From assembly GCA_964187785.1 (NCBI GenBank), contig OZ076409.1:69938001-70002000 (forward strand): a DNA stretch of 64,000 nt, read 5' to 3'. A program made the position numbers and the translations under genes. Shown here in pieces: positions 38,801 to 52,960 of the stretch (positions are counted from its first letter, which is position 1; the number at the start of each line of letters is the position of its first letter). Origin of the DNA: Amphiscolops sp. MND2022 (lineage: Eukaryota). The notes below the pieces were generated by a model. The model searched no databases, was not told the DNA's origin, and saw nothing but the letters and a program-made list of their open reading frames with translations.

Positions 38801-41800
38801 GGGAGAGTATGAATGTGTAGAAGCACTGATGACTCCATGTGTTTGATCAATAGCACCTTTTGGAATGTATAAACTACGCGCGATCAGGTGCTCATGTTCA
38901 TAGTACTTAGATATACGTTTGTAAACTCAACACTCAGGAAAAGGATGACAAAGTAAATAACGTAGGGTTGCTCACAAGCGTGTATACAGTACCCATAGGT
39001 GATTATAAACAACCACATATATGTACATGACAGTTACAAATCCGAAGATTTCCTTTTAAAAAAAATTTCGTGAGGTGAGGTCCTTCGCCAGACATTTTTT
39101 AGATGCACCTAAGGCGTGGTTAACCCAAAACATGGTTATATATATTTGGCATGGTTATATATATATTTGGAGGTGCAACAAAAATTAACTCATCTTTCGA
39201 GGATATACTTGTTCACGGAAAAAGTACCTGGATAGCACCTAAAATCATGATGCTTCGCTTTTCTATGACGTCACCAAAGAACGAAGCTTCGCGAATCGTT
39301 CGACATTACGCCCAAGATGTTTTTCTGCTTCAAAAATATTCTCATGTCTTTGAGTAGTAAATTGTAGTCAACAATCAGGTATCAATGTACCAAAGGTTGT
39401 TGTGCATTTGCAAACTTTTACTAAAATTTGAGCGGTTTCGGAAAGAAACGGGAACCTCTGTGGTTCACTATTTTGAGTCCCTCCACACGATTTGATGACG
39501 GAGCCGACAGAAAAGTTTTTAGTTTTTGCTGACTGGGCTTATCAATTTATAATTATCAGGGTAAAAATAGAAAAATTTTCCAGGCTCAATTATTTTTCAA
39601 CGAACTGACAGTTTTTGCAAAATCGATGTTCGGAATGACTTTCTTTGCGTTGAAGGTTTTCAATTGTAGCAACTGTTTTAGTACCGAAACCCACTGGGTG
39701 ATTTCCGAATTTTGCTCAGCGTGAAAGTTCTAGTCCTGTTTAATCATTCGACTTGGCGGTCAAAGTTTTAGAAATCGGTCACCAATTACTACAAGTATTT
39801 ACAGAAAAATCAGTCGTGAAAAGTTCCCTTGTGAAAATCAATTTTTTTCAACATCGAACGTCTTTTTGTTATCGCGTTCAACTTCCAAAACACAATGTGT
39901 TGGAGGTATTAAACCTTGCAGCTAACTTCAGCGTCTTGCCTCAGCATTTGATGTACACTTTGTTTCAAGATCTTCTATATGAAGTTTATCCACGCTGTTT
40001 TTTTCGAATGTCCACATTTTCCTTATGAAACAAGAGGATTTCCTAAAGGCCCTGTCAGTCCAGACAAAACTTTTTATTTGACATTCGAAGAAAATTGAAG
40101 CACATCGCTCCATTTCTTTCAAAAATTCGAAAGCATTGAGGCTGGCCGAGAAAACGAAGCAATACTTGTTGAGGATATACTTGTTCACGGAAAAAGTACC
40201 TGGATAGCACCTAAAATCATGGTGCTTCGTTTTTCTATGACGTCACCAAAGAACGAAGCTTCGCGAATCGTTCGACATTACGCCCAAGATGTTTTTCTGC
40301 TTCAAAAATATTCTCATGTCTTTGAGTAATAAATTGTAGTCAACAATCAGGTATCAATGTACCAAAGGTTGTTGTGCATTTGCAAATTTTTACTAAAATT
40401 TGAGCGGTTTCGGAAAGAAACGGGAACCTCTGTGGTTCACTATTTTGAGTCCCTCCACACGATTTGATGACGGAGCCGACAGAAAAGTTTTTAGTTTTTG
40501 CTGACTGGGCTTATCAATTTATAATTATCAGGGTAAAAATAGAAAAATTTTCCAGGCTCAATTATTTTACAACGAACTGACAGTTTTTGCAAAATCGATG
40601 TTTGGAATGATTTTCTTTGCGTTGAAGGTTTTCAATTGTAGCAACTGTTTTAGTACCGAAACCCACTGGGTGATTTCCGAATTTTGCTCAGCGTGAAAGT
40701 TCTAGTCCTGTTTAATCATTCGACTTGGCGGTCAAAGTTTTAGAAATCGGTCACCAATTACTACAAGTATTTACAGAAAAATCAGCCGTGAAAAGTTCCC
40801 TTGTGAAAATCAATTTTTTTCAACATCGAACGTCTTTTTGTTATCGCGTTCAACTTCCAAAACACAATGTGTTGGAGGTATTAAACCTTGCAGCTAACTT
40901 CAGCGTCTTGCCTCAGCATTTGATGTACACTTTGTTTCAAGATCTTCTATATGAAGTTTATCCACGCTGTTTTTTTCGAATGTCCACATTTTCCTTATGG
41001 AAACAAGAGGATTTCCTAAAGGCCCTGTCAGTCCAGACAAAACTTTTTATTTGACATTCGAAGAAAATTGAAGCACATCGCTCCATTTCTTTCAAAAATT
41101 CGAAAGCATTCAGGCTGGCCGAGAAAACGAAGCAAATTGATAGGTTGCAAAAAAAACGCTTCAGTGTTTGGCCATGTCACGAAATTGAAGATTGCTGTCA
41201 AGGGTCACCGAGCAAGAATATTGTTTTCATTTTCGCTTTTCGAATTTAAACTGTCAACTGTTTATGATTCCATTCGTTTGAAAGTTATGTTTATTCCTGC
41301 AATATTTTTTTTTCGAAATAGTTGACAATGCCACATCTATAATTCTTTAAAGTTTTTGGGCTTTTATGCAAAAGTTACAGGGGTCATTCTTACCGGCTTT
41401 TGTCAAATCGTGACACAAAAACAAAAAATCAAGAAAGAGTTTGGTTTAAGTTGCTCGCCTACACTCACAGAACTGTTAAACTCTGTTCCCTTAATTAAAA
41501 ATTCTGATAGTTTGGGTCGATACGCTCTGGGTTGCGAGAGCTTGAGGCTCTCAGATCGTTACCTTCCTCTGAGCGAGAGATAAACTGTTAGGTTAATGTC
41601 GTTAGCAACCCTTTAATTTCCTTCATTTCAGCTTGTAATTTCGCGATTTGGCTATTCACTTCAATCTGAGAGTTTGGATTGAATCCATTTTGATGGATGG
41701 ATTTCAGATGAATTCGAGTCTGAGTCTGCATTTGCGGCGTTATTTAAAACTGAGTCCATATTCAGATGAACTTTTAGTAGAGTAGGAATTATCGATGACG

Positions 41801-43377
41801 TTTCCACTTATAAGTCTACGAGGAGAAGTCTACTATACTCATATAATGGAGAAAAATAGGTTATTGTTAAAACAATGAATTTGGTATTAAGATAGAGTAA
41901 GTAAGTTTCGAAATCAAGGTTTAGAAGCAACTGGTTGTAAGCGTAGCAAGCTAGTTAATGAGCGCCTTCTGGGCTGTTCGGGTTGCGTCTAATCTTCAGC
42001 TTTGTCACCCACGGGTGACTGCACTCAATTATCTTAACTTTCACTTCATCAAAGACTGGTACGGCGAGGTGATAATTGTCACCTCGCTCCAATTCACAAA
42101 CTTCAATAGTGAGGTATCTTACTGTAGCAGATTTGCACAATTGGTGAATTAGAAACTCTGACTTCACTGAGAATGAATTGGTGTAATAGAAGGGCACTTG
42201 AATAATCCCTGCTGGATTTACGTTGCTAAATAGCACTTGTGATGAAGTCAAGATGGACGATATGCGAAAATTTGTGAATGACAGGTTTCGGATGAATACT
42301 TGATGAGTGATAATTTATGGATGAAAATGGATAGGGCCCTTCGGTCTCAGAGGCATTGACTTTATAGCCCTGGTTTTCCATCCTTTTCCATCCAAGGTAG
42401 TGAAATGATTGTGAAATCATCTATTTCTCTCGGGAGAGTATGAATGTGTAGAAGCACTGATGACTCCATGTGTTTGATCAAAAGCACCTTTTGGAATGTA
42501 TAAACTACGCGCGATCAGGTGCTCATGTTCATAGTACTTAGATATACGTTTGTAAACTCAACACTCAGGAAAAGGATGACAAAGTAAATAACGTAGGGTT
42601 GCTCACAAGCGTGTATACAGTACCCATAGGTGATTATAAACAACCACATATATGTACATGACAGTTACAAATCCGAAGATTTCCTTTTAAAAAAAAATTT
42701 CGTGAGGTGAGGTCCTTCGCCAGACATTTTTTAGATGCACCTAAGGCGTGGTTAACCCAAAACATGGTTATATATATATTTGGCATGGTTATATATATAT
42801 ATTTGGAGGTGCAACAAAAATTAACTCATCTTTCGAGGATATACTTGTTCACGGAAAAAGTACCTGGATAGCACCTAAAATCATGATGCTTCGCTTTTCT
42901 ATGACGTCACCAAAGAACGAAGCTTCGCGAATCGTTCGACATTACGCCCAAGATGTTTTTCTGCTTCAAAAATATTCTCATGTCTTTGAGTAGTAAATTG
43001 TAGTCAACAATCAGGTATCAATGTACCAAAGGTTGTTGTGCATTTGCAAACTTTTACTAAAATTTGAGCGGTTTCGGAAAGAAACGGGAACCTCTGTGGT
43101 TCACTATTTTGAGTCCCTCCACACGATTTGATGACGGAGCCGACAGAAAAGTTTTTAGTTTTTGCTGACTGGGCTTATCAATTTATAATTATCAGGGTAA
43201 AAATAGAAAAATTTTCCAGGCTCAATTATTTTTCAACGAACTGACAGTTTTTGCAAAATCGATGTTCGGAATGACTTTCTTTGCGTTGAAGGTTTTCAAT
43301 TGTAGCAACTGTTTTAGTACCGAAACCCACTGGGTGATTTCCGAATTTTGCTCAGCGTGAAAGTTCTAGTCCTGTTT
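32839..43377 (+). repeat. Head-to-tail tandem array: unit 1 ~2.62 kb, units 2-3 ~3.63 kb, unit 4 cut by the gap
   Basis: Unit starts at ~32839, 35463, 39096 and 42728. Units 2 and 3 carry an internal ~972-bp duplication. Copies are near-identical. Confidence 0.95.
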
Positions 43378-43763
43378 NNNNNNNNNNNNNNNNNNNNNNN
43401 NNNNNNNNNNNNNNNNNNNNNNNNNNNNNNNNNNNNNNNNNNNNNNNNNNNNNNNNNNNNNNNNNNNNNNNNNNNNNNNNNNNNNNNNNNNNNNNNNNNN
43501 NNNNNNNNNNNNNNNNNNNNNNNNNNNNNNNNNNNNNNNNNNNNNNNNNNNNNNNNNNNNNNNNNNNNNNNNNNNNNTTCACGTATTACGTACACGTAAT
43601 CACTGTACAACGACGTTCGTAGAATTACTTTTCGAAACACAGCACGAAAAATTCTGAACACACTTAAGAATTCGCCATTTTTAGCAACAAAAATTTCTTC
43701 AAAACACCAGGTATGTATCAGGTCAAGTATTTGAAACAATCAGCAAAGACATGTGAACAGATG

Positions 43764-44500
43764 AACAAGCCGGGAACGGCCCAAGTCGGCGCCATATCTA
43801 AGGCTCAAAAATAGCAAAAGGACTTCAAAGTGTCCTTGTATTCTCTTCTAAAGCACCTTAAGCTCCCATAAGTTGGGCCGGATTGGGGCGCCAGGGAAAC
43901 GCTTTGACATTGTTTATCCCTTCTGTTCTCACAATTTCAAAAAAAACTAAAAGGGGGAATTTTGGTATTTTTCAACATCCGTTCTGCCGCAAAACTCCAG
44001 AAAAATTGAAGGCGGAACCTTTGTGGAAAATTTTGTTGTCAAAAAGAAGTCGCACTATGTCGAAATATTGAAAAAACTATTGGAAAAGAATATTACCAGA
44101 AGAGGGTATATACTGAGATTACCAGAAGAGAGAATATTGTAGAAGAGGGGACACTTTGGGGTTTTTGAACGTCCATTCTGTTGCAAAATTTCAAACAAAA
44201 TTGAAGGGAGAACCCTTTGGAGACTTTAGAAAAATTGCGAAAAAAGCGTCACAAAGCCGAAATTACATGCACAAAACAATTGGTCAAGGGTGAGACTCGA
44301 ACCCACGTCCTTTTGCTTGGCAGACATCAAAAACTGTCCTAATTAAACTCTATGCTAAGTGGCAGTAGAAATTACAAGTGTGGCAGTTGGTGGACGCAGC
44401 TTATAAACCTTATGAAATCTGTCAATTCGTCGGTCTTAAAGAAGGAGGAGAAAAGTCACTGCTATAGTATGCGTTTTATGCAAAAAGCGCCGACTAAAAA
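43764..44500 (-). mobile_element. HINE-like element, copy C (contains a tRNA-like segment)
   Basis: AACAAGCCGGGAACGGCCCAAGTCGGCGCC ... GCGCCGACTAAAAA. Confidence 0.7.
44281..44365 (-). pseudogene. tRNA-derived sequence (SINE-head-like) ending in CCA
   Basis: Minus strand TAGCATAGAG...CTGCCAAG...GTGGGTTCGAGTCTCACCCTTGACCA: T-arm/B box plus CCA. The 5' half is degenerate. Confidence 0.55.
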
Positions 44501-45448
44501 CAGGTCTTTTTTGTGACCAAAACAAAATGGTGGAGGACATTATTTGAGGGAAAATGTTCATTTGCTGCATAGTTCACCTCTACCCTTAAATGCATTGTTA
44601 TGGTTTTGAACAGTTGCAGTTTCGTTTGAAAAACTTTATGCTTTGATAGTTGATCTCAGTTCCATAGATCAGTTCCAGAGATGTTGAGAGCTGTCCTTCG
44701 CAAAAGTCATTGTAGATCGAAATCATTAGAACAATGCATATCATGTTTTCTGTCTGTTGTTGTTTTGTTCTGTTGTTCGTTTCTTTCTTCTATCTACGTT
44801 GCAATATGATCACCAATTATCGGACGTTTTCAAATTCGTCATGTTTGAGGCTTCCTTTTGGTGAGTTCAGAAGGTTTCATTAGCTAGCCTTCATCAGCTA
44901 CCGAACGTATAATCCATCCAAATGAATATATAAATTTTTTTGAAAAACCTTTATTTGCAGGTTGATACTTCAAGGTTTTCTGTCAACTTTTGGCTACTAG
45001 GGTAAAGATTATTGGGGAGCATGGTTGAAACATTGAGTTTTTTTAGACAATGTTCCTTCAGACGTTTATCCCGAAACATTTTTGTTCGTTATTGTTATTA
45101 TCAACTCATCAAATAGCTTATGCAATTGAACGCATTCGCTCTTTGATAGGTCGTTCCAGCTTTTCTGGTGTAGAGCCCGCTCATTTGGGTGTCACTTGCA
45201 AAAAGATTTCCAGAAACCGGCCGGATCTGGACCCTCATCCATCTATCAAATCAGCTTTGTCAGCCGTAAGGAATTGAACCATTTCAAGTTCCTTTTACAA
45301 AATCGAAAGTGTTTATTGTTTCTACACCTTGAAAAATTTGGTTCTGCATTTGCCCCTTGAGGTCCCATTGAAATCACCTTTTCAATTTACCACGCCAGTG
45401 AAACTCCACAATCCTATTGTCAAAACTCCCTGCCCGGTCAATTCAATT

Positions 45449-48400
45449 ATGGCTAAACAAAAAAGAGCAAAATCGCAATACAAAAATCATTCAAAATCCG
45501 TTCCTTGCAATGTCTGCGAAAAAGAAGTCCCTGCATGCGTATGCTGTGACGGTTGTGAAATTTGGGCCCACCCCAAATGTAACTTTCTTGGCCCCACAAT
45601 CAACATCTTGAAAAGTCCAAATTTATTCCATCGATGTCAAGACAGCATCTCGCATAACAATGTGAAGAACACTGTATCAGAGCTCATGAGCAGTTTCGAT
45701 GATCTGTCAAAATCAATTGCACCCAGAAAAATTTTCATGCAGAAAAAGTTGCAAAAGTTAGAGAATTCAGTACAAATGAACGCCATGTACGCTGAACGGA
45801 CAAACAAGCTCCCAATTTGCCTTGCACGATTCAGCCCCGTCAACAAAACACGCGGGACGCCAAACACTCCTTTGTTGTGATTAAAGTCAGGATTTTCTGT
45901 GACGCACGAGACTCGAGCAGCATTAAAAGCGCTCTCACTCACTACTTTCCACGAACTAAAGTCCTGCACACTTTGAAAACTGCTGATGGAGGTTTAAGAG
46001 TAGAAACAAGGAATCAAAACACTAACAATGAAAGAATTCCGAATTAGCCAAAAAAACTTTTGAGGAGGCTCAGAGTGCAGAGAAACGAACTTGATCCTCA
46101 AAGGCGTATCATTACCAGGTACTATACCAGGCATGGGTGTTGAGGAAATTGATTTACAGCTGAACATTTCAAAACATATCCCAGGACGTGTCGTGACCCG
46201 CGTGAAAAAACAAGACGACACCCACTGAAACTGCTGAAAATAACACTCGAAACTGAAAGCCTAGTGGAATGTGCACTTAAGTCTGGAGTGTGTGTTGGTA
46301 TTCTCTGGATTCAACCAGAGGTTGAGTACCACCGACACAAGGTTGTACAATATGTGAAATGTCTAAAAAATGGGCATATTTTGGCTTGCTGCAAATGGAG
46401 GCTTGATGAGAAACAAAATGCAGAAGTACCCGACTTCCATGGATCTTTGACCACACCAAACAATTCATCTTCAAGGTCTGGTCAATCAAAGGGAGTTTTT
46501 TTAGCTTTCGATGTCAACATCAAGCCCAGAGTTTTTAGTCTTGAAATCAAAATTCAGCATTTTATTTGGGCAGTTTGTTATCTTTTGAGGAAAAGCATTC
46601 TAGTAGGGGGACTTTAATGTTGTCCAAAGTGTACAGACGAAATGAAAAGAGCTCTCAATGAAATTCAGTTTGAAAAAAAAAGAAAAGAAAAGACTCGCGC
46701 GTGTCCAATTTCCTTCACCTTGCCAACATGAATGCAAAGCATCCAAGGTGGGGTGACAAAAACAATGCCCAACAGGAGTTTTTCAACGATTTCCTACAAC
46801 AAGAAGACCTCATAGCTCTCAATGATGGGGAGCCCACCTTCACTTTCACAAATAGGAAAAGCGCAATCGACTTGGTTATATGCAACGCCAATCTAGACAG
46901 GCATTTTTGCGGCCTCGCAACGGACTATAACACTAAAATGTTCACTGGCGCCCCAAACAGAAGCCATTACCCAGTTACTGGCACCTTCGATATCGTAGGA
47001 AACAGCAGATCCACTCATGTGAAAGACCTAAAGAAAACCGATTGGGACAAATGGAGGGAAACTCTAGAAAGTTGCCTTCAATCGCCATGGCTTGAAATCG
47101 ACGAATGCTGTGATGCTAAAGGTTCAAGGGGCATCTTGCCGCAATGTAGCAGCAGCCAGCTTCACTTTACATCTCAAGCAAATCAATTTACACTCGAAGC
47201 CATACTTCAATGAAGAGTTGAAAATGCTTTCAATCCAACTCCGAAAATCTAGGAAAGCAATGAAACTCAGATCGAACCTCATAAACACCTTCAATTTGAA
47301 AGCCCTCAAACAACAATTTCAGACCACTTGATGAAATCCAAAGGTGAGCATTATAAATTGTGCAGAAGCCCTATACGGCAGCAAGGGCTCAAATTTCTGG
47401 AAAGTCAAACATTTGTTCTCTCGGACGAGAGAAACAATACCAATGGGATGTCTTGTTTCAAATGGCAAAATTCTAGATAGTAACGCTGATATATTCGAAC
47501 ACCTTTCCTCGACATTTTTTCCGACGGTCGCCTTCACGAACGCATGTTTGACGAATTTCAGCTGAGAAAGATTGAGGACAAGCTCTTGACAATTCTCCAT
47601 CAGGATCATATACAACCACTGAGCACATAGATAAGCGAAGAAGAGCTTGACAACGCTCTGAAGGAATCTCAAAAAAAAACAAGACATCCTCCGATCTAGA
47701 TGGCATACACCCGATCATGCTTCGTCACACCAGAACTTTATTCAAAACTTCCTGGCTCAAGCATTTTAACCTCTGTTTACATGCAGGCAACTACATTTGG
47801 AATTCATGTGAAGTAATTTACTTCCGAAAACCTCACAAAGAAGACTATGATATTGCGAACCCTTACAGGCCAATTGCACTCACTTCCTACGTAGGAAAGC
47901 TGTTTGAACGCATAATAGAGAGACAGTTGACAATTAACTTTGAGGCGAAAGTACTGATTGATGACAACCAAGAAGGATTCAGAAAGCGGAGAGGAACTGG
48001 TAGATGCATATACAAACTCATAGACAGTATTCAAAACTTTATTGGGCAAAGAAAAAGAGCGGCTTCCCTTTTCATTGACCTTGAAAAAGCAATTGAAACA
48101 ATTTGGATTGGCGGTCTCATGTATAAACTCCGTGAAGCAGGAATAAACTGCTACATTCCAACATCATTTTACTTTATCTCCGAAACAGAAGCGTTTACAA
48201 CGAAACACGCGAGATTCGATTGGAAAGCTTGAAGTCACAAGTTGGCGTCTCCCAAGGAAGCATTCTTTCTCCAAATTTATTTATCGTCTACATTGCAGAC
48301 ATGTTCCACGAATGCAAAGGTAAAACTGAAAAGTACGCCGATGACGCCACACATGTTTCAGCAGGTGACTCGATGGAAGAAGCTCTTTCACACTCCAACA

Positions 48401-49420
48401 CGATTGCGAGGAAATCACAAATTGGATTGGAAAGTGGCGTCTTGAAATCTCGGGCCGATAACAGAAGTTGTCATCTTTTCAAATATCTGTGAAGAATTCC
48501 AAGAATCTACAAAAAAGATAGTGTCGCGATCAAAATCGCGACGAAGTCAACAGCGCTCGATATCACAATAGCTAACGAATTGAAAATTAGAGAACAATTC
48601 GACAAATGCTCAAGAAAAGCAAACAAGCCACGGGAGCTTTGGAACTCCTTGTACAGAATCAAACCATCACTGATTTCACCGTTTTGAAGCTAATGATTTG
48701 CGTTGTGATCCCCGTGTGGACATACGCGAGTCATATTTGGGCCAATCCCTTTGCATTCTGAACAAGCAGCTTATAGTCCAAGATGTTACTGAATTTCTCA
48801 AATACCAAATACCAACACGAGCTCACCAAAATGCAATCCATTTGTTGCGAATTTCCAATTGATCTTAAGATTCAATTATCACAAGCTAAATTTGCTCATA
48901 AGAACGGTTTTGACTTTGTCCAGTGTTCAAGAGCCTTATCAGACTCCCATAGCAAAGTATCAAGGTCACTACAATCCAGCATCCGAGGTTTTGCAAGATT
49001 CTCAGAAATCGCTCCTGGAGGAAAATAAACAAACCGAATCTGTGAATAGTATAGACTGGAAATATGGAATCGTCGACTGAGAAATATATTGCCAGAATTA
49101 CCTCCAAGACAATCGACAGAACAATTGATACCAAGGTCTTTCAGCAAACATGCTATCAAAATGAATATTGAGATGCCCTCGAACCAATGCAATTAACGAA
49201 TCTTTCAATACCAAATATCAAAAACATCGTCACAACTTGGTATCTGCAAGCACAAGGAGACGTCCACGCAATTTATCTTTACCTGCAGTTTTTACAAAAA
49301 CTTGAGAAAGCGCACATAAAAAATGGGTCATTTGAAGAACTAATACGAAGACGAAGCCATGATGATTTGATTACCATGTTGAATTTTATCAAAAAATCGT
49401 CCGGTTCTATTTTGATGCGT
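45449..49420 (+). mobile_element. Degenerate LINE: PHD-ORF1, APE, RT
   Basis: CNVC..CVCCDGCEIWAHPKC, NMNAKHPRWGD, LNDGEPTF..SAIDL, YRPIALTSYVGKLFE, QEGFR, IDLEKA, GVSQGSILSP and YADD. Confidence 0.9.
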
Positions 49421-49549
49421 TAAAATCATGATGGAAAGAAATCATGATCATTTGTAACATTTTGGAAAACCTTATGTAATATCTTCTGAGCTACCTTTCT
49501 ATTGCACAAACTCACATATGCTAAAAATGTGCTGCAACGACACTTCCTC

Positions 49550-51908
49550 ACTAGCCTGAACTGGAAAACCCACGATCGACCGAAAAAATACTTCTTGTCG
49601 ACAACTCAGCCAAAAACATCTCAAACAGTATGAAGATCAAAACGTTTTCCGAACAGGAAACTGATCCATGCTTTCCCAAACAGTAGGGGGAAATCCATCT
49701 GGAGTTTGATTCTATTGCACCAGACGACGACATTAAACAAAACTGGAGCACCTCTGCTTTGGGGTCAGACACGAGCGTATCTAATACTCAAGGCAAACAC
49801 AAAGAAACTACAATAGTGATCAAGGGCGTGGACACCGAAATAGCAAAAAACACTATAGCTGAACAACTTGCCAACCAACTTGACACCGAGTCGGGGAACA
49901 TCAAATTCAGACGCTTCGTCAAGAAACCTGATGTCAAATTGACAACTGCAAAAGTTGGCTTTTCAGAAAAACTCACGATGGAACGTGCACTTGAAAACGG
50001 CGTGTTCATCAACCATCGGTTTTTCAGACCAACAGATCACAAAGAGAGCACAGGTATTTACGTGACCAGATCTTTCAAAGGCCAGAAATTTAAGCAAATA
50101 GCATCATCTTGCAAAATGCTCCCAAAATGTAGCAATTGCGCAGAAAACCACAGTACATACACATGCGAACAACCGGAAAGAAACTATAAATGTCAGAATT
50201 GCCAAGCTAACCAATTCTCGGCATCAAAAGAATGTCCAGCCTTCCTGAAGACCACAGAAAAACTGTACAAAAGTCGAATAATTCCCATAACAAAACAGCT
50301 GCGAAACAAAATTGACAAAAAAGTAAGGAAAACAAATGGAAAACAAATAGTATAGTGCAAGTAAACATAGCCGGTCTCAGTGGAACAGCCCTATATTTTT
50401 ATCTGACCTGGGAGAAACCACATGAAGTCATCCTAATTGGAACGCACCGGGATCTCCCATCGCTTGAAATAAGTAACTACTCTTCTATCAGTCGTTGTGA
50501 AACAACAACACATAGTAGCGTAGCTCATCTTAGTCGAAAAGATTCACCCGCGTACCCCAAAAACTCATCTCCAAAAAACGAATTTTGTTGGACTGTTTAA
50601 ACTATAAACCGAGTAGCTACTTCAATAGGAGGGTTTAGGGACAATTCGCCGAAAGACAATTTGCCGAAAGACAATTTGCCGAAATCCAATTTGCCGATTT
50701 TGTTCGGCAAATTGTCCCTTTGAATTTGTCGAATTTTGTAGGGACAATTTGCCAAAAACCTAGCGTTTTCAAATAACAATGTTTTTGACTGTCGGATTTT
50801 CTCTAGTGCCCCTTTTCTTCTAGTGCCCCGCGGCCCCTTGGGAGTGCTTATGTTCCCATCTGGCTAAGAGAGGTCGAACAGGAGCAAAGACCTAGGGGCA
50901 ACGGAGATCGCAAAGCAATCGTAGTGGGAGGTGGTCTTTACGACGGTGAGAGCGAGCGTGCATACACCGTTAATGACCCCATATCAATTGAGAAGTACCT
51001 AATCTATGTTAAACGCTTCGCAGGAGCAAAAACCGGATACGGGACAATTTGCCGAAAGACAACTTGCCGAAATCAAATTTGCCGCACGTGAAGGACAATT
51101 TGCCGAAAGTTACTCGGCAAATTGCACCTGAGTCAATTTTCAGTAAGTTTTTTTTCGGCAATATGTTCCGTATCCAATAGGACTTGTTTATATTCCTCCG
51201 AACAGCGCACATAAATTACCTAGCTTTGTGATCAACTCGAAGAAGCTGCAGCCCTTTCGTGCAAACACCGAATTGATCTCCTGCTTCCGGGTGACATGTA
51301 TGCCAAACAGTCATTGTGGGGCGACAAAATCACAAATGAACATGGACGAATACTAGTGGATGCTTTACACGACTCCTGGAGGAATTTAAACGTACTCAAC
51401 CATGGGCAGCCAACTTTCGTATCAGGGAATGGGAATAGTATCATCGATCTTTGCTTCGTTTCAGAAAGCGATCTCAAGCTTCGCTACTGTACTCCAGGTA
51501 GTGGAGGTATTCACGAGAGCCCCAGCCATGGAACATCTACCAACATGGTTACATCTTAGAGGGAAAGGGTATGAAGAAGCCCAGGTGCCAAATAAATAGA
51601 AAAAGCGAACGAGTGAGTTTTACAGACGCATTGAACAAGAACTACCCAAATGAGCGTTTAACATATGGCCGATGAACGCTGAAGAGTCATGGCTATCGAT
51701 GAAACAAATGCTCGAAATCGCATTAGAGGAACAAATTCCGAGAAAAAAGAAAATCTGTTGTTTTTCGAAACCTTTTTGGTGCGAGGAACTAACAATCAAA
51801 AGCCAGGAACTACGAACGGCTCGCAAAAATTACCGATTTCGGAGTTTAGCGCACAATCTAAAAAATTTGAGAGATGCACAAAAAGCATCCCGAATTCTCA
51901 TGCAGAAC
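49550..51908 (+). mobile_element. Partial LINE: ORF1 (RRM-like + CCHC), APE and linker; RT absent
   Basis: ORF 49759-50355 resembles the 605-1631 ORF1. QVNIAGLS, WGDKITNEHG, LNHGQPTFVSGNGNSIIDL and SKPFW. Confidence 0.85.
50631..51174. mobile_element. MITE with GACAATTTGCCGAAA subterminal repeats and ~8-bp TSD
   Basis: CAATAGGA at 50623-50630 and 51175-51182. Shares its internal core with 14520-14720 and 60570-60770. Confidence 0.75.
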
Positions 51909-52094
51909 CAGGGTTTTCGATATGATTATTGATAAACCGGAATTCCGGTCCGGCCGGAAATCCGGCCGGATTTCGAAAAATTCCGGTTCCGTTTCCGGTC
52001 GGAAACATCATTGATTCCGGCAGGAACAAAATTTTCTCTTGAAAACAGCATTGTTTCCAAATTGTTTCAAATTGTTTCATAAATTGACACACTT

Positions 52095-52791
52095 GACAAT
52101 AACAATTTCAGATTATGATGAAGAAATTGAAGTTTTTCGCCAGTTTCTGGAAGAAGTCTGCTTCTTTTTTCTTCATATATGTTTCCGAATTCGGAGAACA
52201 GCCTTTCTGAATAAACAGATGACAGAGGCGATGTCACAAAGTTCTTCGCAACTTTTTTCAGAGAAGGATACTCAGAAATATGTTCTGTTGTTTGGATTTC
52301 GTTTTAAACTATTTTCATTACTCTGTCACGCTCTTCAGATAGAACTTTGGTAGTAAAAAACCGCCGACTGGGGATCAAATAACGTGGTTGCAAGTGAGCC
52401 ATCAATTCAATGAAACCGTGACGTACGATAGAAAAAGGCTGGTTGTCGAGTGCAATCATTTTAAGGATGTTTTGTGGATTTCAATCAATTTTGGATGCGA
52501 ATTGTCCCATACTTTTGTACTTTCCTAGGACTCTATCAGTGTCAATTGCTTCTCCATGATATTTTTTTTCTGCATCAGGGTTTCATTTTTTGGCAGTCTT
52601 GTTTGTGTGTTCACATCACAATACTGTTCGGGGTGATTATATTTCAAGTGCATATAAAAGGGCGATGTCGAATACTCCTTAGCCGTTGCCGTTTCTGATC
52701 CTTTTGGGAGATCTTTTTTGCAGATATTGCATGTTGCGAACCTGGGCTCACTTTCCTTTACAGAAAAATTTTTTTACACAGCTGATGCCAT
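52095..52791 (-). pseudogene. hAT (BED-finger) transposase remnant with the catalytic core deleted
   Basis: MASAV*..ATCNICKK..MHLKYNHP (BED finger) and MIALDNQPFSIV..GFIELM..PRYLIPSRRFF fused to YPSLKKVAK..SSVYSERLFSEFGNIYEEKRSRLLPETGEKL (dimerisation domain). Confidence 0.9.
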
Positions 52792-52807
52792 AAATATCTT
52801 AAAATGA

Positions 52808-52960
52808 ATTAAACGCTGAAAGTCAGTATGCAAATTTTGCAAGATTTTATTTCTGAGAAATTGACGCTGAAACTCAGTATGATAGTTTTGCAAGTTTATG
52901 ATTTCTGAGAAATTGACGCTGAAAGTCAGTATGCAAGTTTTGCAAGAATTTGATTTCTGG
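52808..52960. repeat. ~51-bp tandem repeat x3
   Basis: AAATTGACGCTGAAAGTCAGTATGCAAGTTTTGCAAG..ATTTCTGAG, three copies upstream of the transposase ATG. Confidence 0.85.

Noticed and set aside
44800..45280. Possible ORF0 relic upstream of the PHD LINE at 45449
   Set aside because: Position fits and FVMFEAS loosely recalls VIIDAS, but it is too decayed to support by eye.
51909..51935. CAGGGTTTT as the left hAT TIR
   Set aside because: Does not match TAGGGATGTGCC, and the flanking 8-mers (TGCAGAAC vs AACATAAT) differ.
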